DNA of 64,000 nucleotides from a bacterium. GTDB taxonomy: Bacteria; UBA8248; JACPRG01; G963555815. The translations under genes and the position numbers were made by a program. The DNA lies in the NCBI GenBank assembly GCA_963555815.3, contig CAUVWX020000002.1, forward strand, positions 320,001 to 384,000, read 5' to 3'. Below the pieces are notes generated by a model. That model made no database searches, was not told the origin of the DNA, and was given only the letters and a program-made list of their open reading frames with translations. This document shows, in pieces, positions 43,353 to 52,056 of the stretch. Numbering within the stretch: the stretch's first letter is position 1; every line of letters begins with the position of its first letter.

Positions 43353-43739
43353 TCAGCGGGTGTGGACGGTGATCGTCCCGCGGTCAATCCGATCTCGGAT
43401 CTTCCGAAGGGCCCAGGTCCTCAGGATGTTTCGCGTGGGGGGCAGAAGACAGAGAAACCCCAGGGCGTCTGTAATGAGACCGGGGGTCAAGAGGAAGGCT
43501 CCCCCGATGAGGATAAAGGCCCCGTCTAAAAGCCCTTGGCCCGGAGGCTCCCCCTGGCGCACAGACTCAGCGATCCGCTGAAGCACCCGAAGGCCCTGGC
43601 TTCGGGCCATCCAGGCCCCCAGGGCGCCTGTCAGGACAACGATGGTGATGGTGTTAAAGGCGCCGATGACGGAGCCCACCTTGATAAGTAGGGCGAGCTC
43701 TAAAAGGGGCACGGCGGTGAAGATAAGGAAGAGGCGCAT
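43353..43739 (-). CDS. fxsA: FxsA family membrane protein
   Basis: PLLELALLIKVG, ARSQG, GGAFLLTPGLITDALG, PPTR. Confidence 0.9.
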   Translation of the reverse strand: MRLFLIFTAVPLLELALLIKVGSVIGAFNTITIVVLTGALGAWMARSQGLRVLQRIAESVRQGEPPGQGLLDGAFILIGGAFLLTPGLITDALGFLCLLPPTRNILRTWALRKIRDRIDRGTITVHTR

Positions 43740-43828
43740 GCTTGTTTCCCCTGATGGGGTGATTTTCTTCCAGTGGAACATACCAGGGCATCGCCCTTTG
43801 GGTCAATTTAGGGTCGGGAGGCCCTGAG

Positions 43829-44811
43829 ATGCCAGGGCGGCTCCTGATAGGAGGCCCGATAGGATATGTGATCATTGAGGGGTGGACTTTTTTCGAGTCC
43901 ATCTACATGACCGTCATCTCCCTCACAACCGTGGGCTATGGGGAGATCCCGCGGGAGCTTTCGTCCCAGGAGCGGATATACACCATGTTCTTGCTCATTG
44001 GGGGACTGGGAACGCTCGCCTACGGGGTATCGACCACCACCGCATTTCTGGTGGAAGGGCGCTTCACCGACCTCTTGACGAAGAGAAAGATGGATACGAA
44101 GCTTGAGAAGCTGAAAGACCACCACGTCTTGTGCGGTCTGGGGGAAACAGGGCGTTACGTGGCGGAAGAGTTCATCAAAACGGGGACCCCCTTTGTGGCC
44201 ATCGAGCAAAACGGAGCACCATCGAGGAGAGGGTGGCGGAGCTCGGTGAAATCCTCTATGTGGAGGGAGACGCAACTCACGAGACCACGTTGCGAAGGGC
44301 GAAAGTGGAAAGCGCCCGGGGTCTGGTCAGCACCCTGCCAGAGGACAAGGACAACCTTTTCGTTGTGATATCGGCCAGAAAGCTCAACCCCGATCTTCGC
44401 ATCGTCGCCCGAGCCATCTTACACGAATCTGAGAGCAAGCTTCAAAAGGTGGGGGCGGATAGGACCGTTTCCGCCAACTTGATGGGTGGACTTCGCATGG
44501 CCGCCGAGATGATCCGGCCAACAGTCATTTCCTTCCTGGACAGCATGCTCCGGAACCCTCGGGGGACCATCCGGGTAGAGGAGGCACTCGTGGGGATTGG
44601 GTCCCCCCTCAATGGGCAGACCCTTGGAGAAATGGCTCTTCCTCAAGAAATCGGCCTGCTTGTCATTGCAGTCCAGGATTGCAGCAACCAGCACTATATC
44701 TACAACCCCCCCGCCGATTACGTCGTGAAGGCGAATGACGTCCTCATCATCATGGGAGATTCCGGCCAGGTGGCGTCCCTAAGACAGCTGACGCGAGGGG
44801 CAGCGTCATAA
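43829..44811 (+). CDS. Potassium channel protein with RCK (TrkA-N/TrkA-C) domains; apparent frameshift near 44212
   Basis: TTVGYG selectivity filter, CGLGETG, GDAT, DKDNL, ARKLNP, GAD; ORFs 43829-44368 and 44131-44811 join at IEQN/RSTIEE. Confidence 0.85.
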
Positions 44812-44823
44812 CCCGAGGGCCCG

Positions 44824-44852
44824 TTGACAAATCTTGCCCTTGGGATTATTCT
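44824..44852 (+). promoter_or_regulatory. Sigma70 promoter for the sulfurtransferase-cysteine synthase operon
   Basis: TTGACA-17 nt-TATTCT. Confidence 0.65.
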
Positions 44853-45077
44853 AATGAAAATAAGCGATTTCAGGTTGACAGATGCTTTGCGAGACAGCAT
44901 GAAGAGTTGTCTCGGCCAGTCTTTTTTCTTCAAGCCCAAAACCGCCACGGAAAGAAGAAGGCGAACCCGGGCGGTGTTGGGATGGCAGGATTCTAGTGTC
45001 TCTCTTCCGCGCAGCCCGCCGGGCTTTTGAAGAGACTCTTTGAAAGGGAAAATTTCGGGTAAAAAGGAGAAATCAAG

Positions 45078-45923
45078 ATGGCCGACTACGCACATCCTGA
45101 AACTCTGGTCACCACCGACTGGGTTGCCCAGCACAAGGGAGACCCCAACGTCCGCCTAGTCGAGGTGGATGTCGACACTAAGGGCTATGACGAGGGCCAC
45201 GTCGAAGGGGCCGTCGGGGTAAACTGGCAAACCCAGCTCCAGGACCAGCTCATCCGAAACATCTCCTCCAAAGCCCAATTCGAGAAACTTGTAGGGGGGC
45301 TCGGGATTGGAAATGACACAACCGCTATCCTCTACGGGGACAACAACAACTGGTTTGCCGCCTGGCTCTTCTGGCAGTTCAAGTACTACGGCCACAAAGA
45401 TGTGCGGCTGATGAACGGGGGACGAAAGAAGTGGATCGAGGAGGGACGGGAGCTCAAGAAAGAGGTCCCCAAGATTTCCCCGGCGACTTACAAGGCTCAG
45501 GGCCCAGACGATTCCATCCGGGCCTATCGTGAGCAAGTCCTTGAGACAACCAAGAAAAAAGACCGCCACCTTGTCGATGTCCGCTCTCCAGACGAGTTCA
45601 CAGGAAAGATCCTCGCCCCTCCAGGGCTAGAGGGCAAAGAGGGCTGCCAGCGAGGAGGCCACATCCCGGGGGCAAAGAACATCACGTGGAGCAAGGCGGT
45701 CCAAGAGGACGGGACCTTCAAATCCGTTGAGGAGCTCAAAGCCCTCTATGAGGGGCAAGGAGTCAAGGCCGACAAAGAGACGATCGCCTACTGCCGGATT
45801 GGCGAGCGGTCCTCCCACACCTGGTATGTCCTAAAATATCTTTTGGGCTATCCCAAGGTGCGAAACTACGACGGCTCTTGGACCGAATGGGGCAACCTCA
45901 TCAACGTGCCCATCGACCGTTAG
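45078..45923 (+). CDS. Tandem-domain rhodanese (thiosulfate sulfurtransferase)
   Basis: LVTTDW, GHVEGA, DVRSPDEF.G, GHIPGA, active site YCRIGERS, YDGSWTEWG; AAGGAG RBS. Confidence 0.95.
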   Translation: MADYAHPETLVTTDWVAQHKGDPNVRLVEVDVDTKGYDEGHVEGAVGVNWQTQLQDQLIRNISSKAQFEKLVGGLGIGNDTTAILYGDNNNWFAAWLFWQFKYYGHKDVRLMNGGRKKWIEEGRELKKEVPKISPATYKAQGPDDSIRAYREQVLETTKKKDRHLVDVRSPDEFTGKILAPPGLEGKEGCQRGGHIPGAKNITWSKAVQEDGTFKSVEELKALYEGQGVKADKETIAYCRIGERSSHTWYVLKYLLGYPKVRNYDGSWTEWGNLINVPIDR

Positions 45924-45944
45924 CCTCTTTCGGAGGGAGCCTTC

Positions 45945-46904
45945 GTGACCCCAGCTAGGGGGGAAGGGGGGACAGACGTCGCCGTTAGCCAAACGCATCG
46001 GGAGCTTTTAGATCGCTTTCCGGTTCTGAAGTTTATCGGGAACACTCCCCTCATCCCTATCCGTCTCTTTGCAGAAGAATATCCGGGCGTCCAGATTTGG
46101 GCCAAAGGAGAACACCTCAATCCGGGCGGCTCTATCAAGGACCGCCCCATGCGAAGGATGCTCCTGGAGGCCATCGCCAACGGAGCGCTGACGCCCGACA
46201 AGATCATCCTCGACTCCACTTCCGGAAACGCCGGGATCGCCTACGCCATGATTGGGGCGATTATCGAGCACCGGGTCCAGCTGGTGATGCCGGAAAACGC
46301 CAGCGATGAGCGAAAGCTGCGTATCCAAGCCCACGGCGCCGAGATCGTTTACACGGACCCCCTGCTGGGCTATGACGAGGCCCTGAGGGAGGTAGAGCGG
46401 CGCTATCAGGCTGATCCCGAGCACTACTTCTGGGCCGATCAATACACCAACCAGGACAACTGGAAGGCTCACTACGAAACGACCGCCGAGGAGATCCTCG
46501 CTCAGACCGGAGGTCGCCTCACGCATTTTGTCGCGGGAGTGGGCACCGGGGGGACCATCACCGGGGTTGGCCGCCGCCTCAAGGAGCACGACCCCTCCAT
46601 CCAGGTCGTCCTCGTGCTCCCCGAGGAGTGGCCGGGCATTGAGGGGCTAAAACCCCTGGGGCCGGATTATATTTTGCCGGAGATCTTCGACGAGAGCATC
46701 ATAGACACCCGCTTCACAATCGGAGTCGATCGGGCCTTTGAGATCTGCAACCGCCTTGCCAGCGAAGGCCTCTTTGTGGGCCAGTCTTCAGGGGCCTTTC
46801 TGGCTGGAGCCGAAGCCGTGGCTCGCGAGATCAAAAAGGGGACTATCGTCACTGTCCTGTCGGACATCGGAGAGCGCTACTTCTCCACACGCCTTTGGGA
46901 GTAA
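45945..46904 (+). CDS. PLP-dependent cysteine synthase (CysM-like)
   Basis: IGNTPL, NPGGSIKDR, TSGNAG, GVGTGGT, GQSSGA, D.GERY.S. Confidence 0.92.
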   Translation: MTPARGEGGTDVAVSQTHRELLDRFPVLKFIGNTPLIPIRLFAEEYPGVQIWAKGEHLNPGGSIKDRPMRRMLLEAIANGALTPDKIILDSTSGNAGIAYAMIGAIIEHRVQLVMPENASDERKLRIQAHGAEIVYTDPLLGYDEALREVERRYQADPEHYFWADQYTNQDNWKAHYETTAEEILAQTGGRLTHFVAGVGTGGTITGVGRRLKEHDPSIQVVLVLPEEWPGIEGLKPLGPDYILPEIFDESIIDTRFTIGVDRAFEICNRLASEGLFVGQSSGAFLAGAEAVAREIKKGTIVTVLSDIGERYFSTRLWE

Positions 46905-46925
46905 AAAAGGGGCTTCGCCTCTTTT
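46903..46925. terminator. Bidirectional terminator
   Basis: AAAAAAGGGGC-TTC-GCCTCTTTT between convergent genes. Confidence 0.6.
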
Positions 46926-47026
46926 CACCCCTCATCACCGCCCTCCCGTCAACTCGGCTTACCGATAAAAAGACAGCAAAATGCCCGGCCAGACACGGGT
47001 CCCTGCCGGAAACGCAAATCCTGGGC

Positions 47027-47452
47027 TCAGGAGGCCTTTCGAAGTAGGCGTCTTAGACTTTTGAGCCGCCTGCGAAGGATTTCGCTAGTCTGCTGATTTC
47101 CACCGGCCTGCGCCTTTGCCCGCTCCGCTTTGAGGAGGCGCATCTTCTTCTTGAGTGCAAGCCGCGGGCCGGAAGGGTTTTTATCCTTCGGTTCTTCAGC
47201 AGGCTTTTCTTCGACCGGTTCTTCAGTAGGCTTTTCTTCGACGGGTTTAGGCTCTTCCTCGGTGGGTTTCGACGCTTCGGGGGTTTCCTCGATCCCCAAG
47301 GCCCCCATAAGGGAGGCGATCAGCTGCTCCTTTTCCATCTCTTCGACGCCCTTGATCTGATCGGGATGCTTTAGGGCCTCCTCTTTAAGTTCCGAAACCT
47401 CCATCTTGAAGAGATCTTTTTTTTCCATCCGCTTCTCCTTCTCCTGGACCAT
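47027..47452 (-). CDS. Small charged protein with Rho N-terminal-like helices, Glu/Pro linker and basic C-terminus
   Basis: LFKMEVSELKEEA...GVEEMEKEQLI resembles Rho_N; the tail is K/R-rich. Confidence 0.6.
   Translation of the reverse strand: MVQEKEKRMEKKDLFKMEVSELKEEALKHPDQIKGVEEMEKEQLIASLMGALGIEETPEASKPTEEEPKPVEEKPTEEPVEEKPAEEPKDKNPSGPRLALKKKMRLLKAERAKAQAGGNQQTSEILRRRLKSLRRLLRKAS
47190..47243. repeat. 27-bp tandem duplication (encodes PVEEKP[T/A]EE)
   Basis: GGTTCTTCAGCAGGCTTTTCTTCGACC / GGTTCTTCAGTAGGCTTTTCTTCGACG, 25/27 identical. Confidence 0.8.
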
Positions 47453-47473
47453 TTTTGTTGGCCGGTGAGTCTC

Positions 47474-48501
47474 CTATTCGTCCAGGGAGGCGAGGGTTTG
47501 CCGCATAAATTCAGCAGAATCCTCAGGCTTGACTGGGTTAATGGTCATCCCCGAGCCAAACTCAAAACCGGCCTGAACGGTGAGGCGTGGAAGAATCTGG
47601 AGATGCCAGTGAAAGTAGTCCTCCCTCTCGTCCTTGCAGGGAGCTGTATGGATGACGAAGTTGAAATCCGGGTCCTTCAGCCCCTGGTGGATGCCGAGGA
47701 GGACCCTCTTCAGGGTTTGGCCGAGGGCCTTGGCGTCACCGGGGGCGATGTGACCGAAAGAGGCGTCATGTTCTCGCGGGAGAATCCACGTTTCAAAGGG
47801 AAAGACGGAGGCAAAGGGGTGGATGGTGATGAATCCTCCCAGGTCAGAGATGACGCGTTCACCTGCCCTGCTCTCCCGCTCGATGACGTCACAGAAGACA
47901 CAGGAGCCCTGGTCATCGAAGTGGCGGCGGGCCTGATCGATGGTGTTTTGGATCTGCCCGGGGACAACGGGGCTCGCGACGATCTGGCAGTGGGGGTGCT
48001 CGATAGAGATTCCCGCTGCCGGACCGTGGTTTTTGAATATAACAATAATCTGGTGGTGGGGGTCCTCGTGGAGGTCCAGATAGCGCTGGCGGCAGATCAG
48101 CAAGAGCTCCTCCACCTGTCGGTCTGTCATGCGAGGGATGGTCTCGTTGTGTTTCGGCGTCTCGATGACCACCTCGTGCCTTCCCACCCCCTCCATCGTT
48201 CGAAACATGGAATCCCGGGCGGTCCTCCGAAGAGAGCCTGTGGGCTGAAGAGCGGGGAACTTGTTCGGGATGACCCGGGTCCACCACCCGGGGGTGTCGG
48301 GAAGGCTGCCATTCTGGCGGTATGAGAGGACTTCCGGGGGGGGGTCAGGGACTCATTTCCCGGACAAAAGGGGCAGGTCTCAACCCATTCGGGGAGGACG
48401 CGCGTTTGCTGGGGACGCTGAAGTTCGTGAGGGCGCTTGCCGCGGTCGGTGGCGATGATGACCCACTCTCGCGTCACCGGGTTTTGGCGAAATTCAGACA
48501 T
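47474..48501 (-). CDS. galT: Galactose-1-phosphate uridylyltransferase-like protein (apparent frameshift in G9 run at 48336-48344)
   Basis: SEFRQNP..REWVIIA..R.KRP, CPFCPGNE, GRHEVVIE, FKNHG..AG.SIEHPHCQ, HWHLQILPR. Confidence 0.88.
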
Positions 48502-48540
48502 CCTCTGCCCTATTCAGCCGCATATCTCCCCTTATGATAG

Positions 48541-49746
48541 TTAGCTGTCCTCTAGGACGGCGTATTTCAGTTCCTCAAGAAACTCAGGAAAAGCGGCCGT
48601 TACCCGGTTCCAGTTTGGGATGAGAGGTGCCCCCAGAGGGGCCTTTAGAAAGTCCTCTCCTGCCAGACGAATGCCCTTGGCAAAAGCCTCCACCGCCACG
48701 TCCTCCGCATGCCGGTCAAAAAAGAGCCCGTTCAGGGCGGCGTCGCCTGCGTAGCGGGAGATCGTGTCCTGACCGGTCCGGATATAGGTGACCCGAAGCG
48801 TCTTGAAGAAGGCGTCAGACATCACCACTCCCTCTCCGCCGAGAGTCCGGAAGATCGACTTGGAGATATCAATGACCATTTTAAGAAGGCCAAACTGTGG
48901 GTTGTCCGCCGACAGGGGTTGATGCTTATGTTCATAGTTCGCACTGAGCTCCGCCTGGCAGATCCTCTTGAGGGCACAATTACGAAAGATCTCCGTCAGT
49001 GTCCCGACCTCGAGGCCCCAGTCGGAAGGGATGCGGTTGATCCGGGCGAGATCGACATTCATTGCCGTTTCCCCTGCCAGGGCGTAGCGAAAACTATCGA
49101 GATAGTCGAGGATGGGGATCGGACCGACGATCTGTTTCAAGGAGCGAACCAGAGGGGTGATGAAGAGACGGGTGACCCGGCCGTGGAGTCGGTCAGTCAC
49201 CCGGGCATAGAAGCCTTTACAGAACTCATAATCCAGGTTGGGGTTGGCGACGGGATAAACAAGCCGGGCCAGGAGTTCCCTGCTGTAGGACAAGATGTCG
49301 CAATCGTGGAGGGCGATCACGTCACAATCCCCCTCGGCCAGGATATAGCCGTGAGCCAGCCAGGCGGAGCGGCCCTTCCCGGCGGGTCCCACTGAGAGGT
49401 CGCTTTCCTCCAGGCGGGCATAAAGACTCCCAAGGCGAGGCCCATCGGTCCAAATAAGGGTAGTCTTTTGGGGCAGGACTGAGAAAAACTTCTCGGCCTT
49501 TCTGAACTCATCTGACGTCGTCTGATCCATACAGACAATGACCCTGCGAAGGTAGCGGACCTGTCTCAGTTCTTCGACGATCTTCTTTAGGGCCGGGCGC
49601 TCCAGCTCTAAGTAAAGGGAGGGAAGGACCAGGGCCACGGGTCGAAGATGCCCACATTCCTCCAGTTCACTCTCCATCTGCTTCAGATTTCCTGGATTGA
49701 GGCGGTGAAAGGTAGCGACAACCCCCGTCTGATATACATCGGCCAT
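48541..49746 (-). CDS. gpgS: Glucosyl-3-phosphoglycerate synthase (cyanobacterial GpgS-like)
   Basis: YQTGVVATFHRL, WTDGPRL, GKGRSAW, HDCDI, FCKGFYAR, GRVTRL, SFRYALAGE, DWGLEVG, YEHKHQ; phosphatase nearby. Confidence 0.8.
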   Translation of the reverse strand: MADVYQTGVVATFHRLNPGNLKQMESELEECGHLRPVALVLPSLYLELERPALKKIVEELRQVRYLRRVIVCMDQTTSDEFRKAEKFFSVLPQKTTLIWTDGPRLGSLYARLEESDLSVGPAGKGRSAWLAHGYILAEGDCDVIALHDCDILSYSRELLARLVYPVANPNLDYEFCKGFYARVTDRLHGRVTRLFITPLVRSLKQIVGPIPILDYLDSFRYALAGETAMNVDLARINRIPSDWGLEVGTLTEIFRNCALKRICQAELSANYEHKHQPLSADNPQFGLLKMVIDISKSIFRTLGGEGVVMSDAFFKTLRVTYIRTGQDTISRYAGDAALNGLFFDRHAEDVAVEAFAKGIRLAGEDFLKAPLGAPLIPNWNRVTAAFPEFLEELKYAVLEDS

Positions 49747-49970
49747 ATCAAACCCCCTTTTCTCCTCTTGCCCCTGGGGTGATGGAATCATTGAATCCCA
49801 AGGGCAACCCCCAGAATTCAGGTACGGGGCACCGAACCTTCCTTCCTGATCTATGAGACTCAGGATTCCGCGATGCTGGGATAGAGCGACCCTAGATTAT
49901 ATCAAATTGAGAAAGGATGAAAACGAGGAACTCAGAACCGGGAGCATCTCGTGATATCCAGAAATCCAAA

Positions 49971-50182
49971 TCACGTGCTTTTAAGTCGGTACTTCTCCTT
50001 ATTGAAGGGGCCCCGTCGAAATCCCAGGCGGAATTCCTCGATGAGGCGATCCTGGTTTACGGGGAAAGACTCCGACATCACCTTCCAGAGGTCCTCTACC
50101 CCAAAGGCATCAATGGGTCCGCTTTCTCGATGGCCTCTAGGCGGCGGCGGGCGGGATCCCGTAAGGCCGTGCCCAGTTTCAT
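49971..50182 (-). pseudogene. Internally deleted glycosyltransferase remnant
   Basis: RBS plus MKLGTALRDPARRRLEAIEKAD joined out of frame to PIDAFG...VNQDRLIEEFRLGF; both resemble, from memory, the ends of a GT2 enzyme found in glucosylglycerate clusters. Confidence 0.45.
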
Positions 50183-50205
50183 CGTTCAGACCCCCCCCTC
50201 TCCGG

Positions 50206-51042
50206 TCAAGACCTGTCCGGCACCACGCTGCTAAGGATTTCCAATATGGCTTCAGACCAGCCGGCCGGTCCAACCCTCCGTGTGACCCGCACCCCTTTGA
50301 GGCCTCGCAAACGCGGATTCGCCCCTCCCTTTTGACGGACAGCAACGGGGAGGTCAACACTCAGAAGGAGGGGGAGGTCATTGGGGGCATCGCCAAGGCC
50401 GACCGTCCGGATGGGGCCGAACCTCTTTCGATAAAGGCCCGAGAGGAGGCGGGCGGCCTTTCCCTTGTCACTCCCTTTGGCCAGGTGGCGTAATCTCCCC
50501 CCCTCCACCCAGGAGATGCCGTGGACCTGAAGCCTTCGGCGAAGCGCGCTGGACCCGCCGCCCTCACCCTCGATGACAAAAGGCAGATCAAAGTGTCGCT
50601 CCCTGGCCCTTTTTGCTTCGGATAGAGTGAGCCCCGTAAGCCGGGCAATCTCCGAAGGGCGCATGTCGGGGAAGGTTTTGAGCGTCCCCTTCAGCGTCGC
50701 TGAGTGCTTCAAGAGGAAGGAGTGGATTTCTGAGACAGGTGTCCCGAGGGGAATCAAGAGGCTTCGGCCGACACTTTTAGCCCCTTTTATGGGAAAGGGG
50801 AACGCACCTTTCGGCAACATGATCCCCCCCCCATTCTCGAAGATGAAAGGGTCCTGAATCCCGAGTTTGCGGCGGAGGACGTAAATCTCTGCGGCCGTCT
50901 TACTGGAGCAGAGGACGAGAGGGACCCCGGCCTTTTTCAACGCTCGAAGGCCCGGGCGCGCCTCTTTGAAAGAATAGTTTTCTTCATCGAGAAGGGTCCC
51001 GTCGAGGTCCGAAAAGACAATAAGCTTCCGCCCTTGTCTCAT
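50206..51042 (-). CDS. Mannosyl/glucosyl-3-phosphoglycerate phosphatase (HAD IIB)
   Basis: FSDLDGTLLD, CSSKT.AE, ENGG, GGR..H, DKGKA, LGDAPNDLPLL. Confidence 0.9.
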   Translation of the reverse strand: MRQGRKLIVFSDLDGTLLDEENYSFKEARPGLRALKKAGVPLVLCSSKTAAEIYVLRRKLGIQDPFIFENGGGIMLPKGAFPFPIKGAKSVGRSLLIPLGTPVSEIHSFLLKHSATLKGTLKTFPDMRPSEIARLTGLTLSEAKRARERHFDLPFVIEGEGGGSSALRRRLQVHGISWVEGGRLRHLAKGSDKGKAARLLSGLYRKRFGPIRTVGLGDAPNDLPLLLSVDLPVAVRQKGGANPRLRGLKGVRVTRRVGPAGWSEAILEILSSVVPDRS

Positions 51043-51184
51043 CCCCTGTTCTCCTCAGCTGAATGGAAACCCCGGCTCCTGAGCAATTGGCCTTCAGTGA
51101 TGGGTCTATTTAGAGGAGAAGGAAATGGACGAAATTCTTCGGCGAATAATGTGGGCCAAAAAGGAGAGGGAATGAGGAGACCCC

Positions 51185-52042
51185 TCAACTGCCTGGAGGT
51201 GTCACCTCCTGCTGGGGAACCCGGTCAATCTCACGGATGACTCCGTCCACAATCCTGATCATGACCCTCCTCATCGCTTTCCCATCCTCGATGTATCCGA
51301 AGGGCATGAGAGTGGCAGTCCCTGTGGGGGTCTCGAAGGATTGAAATTCCGTGCCCCAGAGGAATCCGTCGGCGAAGTACACGTTGCCGTGAGGAAATCG
51401 ATGGAAATATCCGCCCAGGTGATAGCGGAGTTCTCCGCCTGTCATTCCCACCCGAACGTTCTTGAGTCGCTCGTTCGCCCGCTCAAAGGCCTCGGGAGTG
51501 AGATGGACCTCCGCTATGTAGCCCCGGATGAGGTGATTTTCCTCCCCTCGTGAGATGTCGTCAGAGAAAAGGGCCGAAGGAAGACTGGGGGGAGGGAGAG
51601 CCCCCTCCCGGGGGATCTCTGCCCTTTGAAACTCAAGGACAACCTCGATCTTTCCGTTTTTCAGGACGACCAGTGCCTGTTCTTCCACCCGGCTGCCCTC
51701 ATGGTAACCGAAGGAATACTCCTCAATGAGCTCGCCCTCCCCCACCCGGTTGATGCGGCTGAGGTCCTGGAGCCAGCCATCTCCGCCCGAGAAAGCCGTA
51801 GACCACTCCTCGCTCGGAAGGGGGCGAAGTTGCATGGTCTGAATAAACTTGTTGCGGCTCATCCCAGGCTGCAACCGATTGATGCGCTCCCGAGCCAGAA
51901 GGAAGGCTCCAAACTCGGGATTCGGTTTGAGGCCCGGGGGTCGGCCTCCTCCCCCTGGGTCGATTCCAATCCCCGCCCGGTAGGCGCAACCCATCAGGAA
52001 AAGGCCAAGGAGTAAGAAAGAAAGGCTTTTCGGGATCTTCAC
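51185..52042 (-). CDS. Hypothetical lipoprotein with two internally repeated domains
   Basis: GTG at 52042 after GGGAG; lipobox LMG-C; repeats RINRLQPGMS...FGY...VLKNGKI and RLKNVRVGMT...FGY...RIVDGVI. Confidence 0.7.
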   Translation of the reverse strand: MKIPKSLSFLLLGLFLMGCAYRAGIGIDPGGGGRPPGLKPNPEFGAFLLARERINRLQPGMSRNKFIQTMQLRPLPSEEWSTAFSGGDGWLQDLSRINRVGEGELIEEYSFGYHEGSRVEEQALVVLKNGKIEVVLEFQRAEIPREGALPPPSLPSALFSDDISRGEENHLIRGYIAEVHLTPEAFERANERLKNVRVGMTGGELRYHLGGYFHRFPHGNVYFADGFLWGTEFQSFETPTGTATLMPFGYIEDGKAMRRVMIRIVDGVIREIDRVPQQEVTPPGS

Positions 52043-52056
52043 GTCAGCACTCCCAC

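Noticed and set aside
44824..45030. 68-aa ORF as a Cys-rich leader peptide
   Set aside because: Only one Cys codon, and its start overlaps the -35 box
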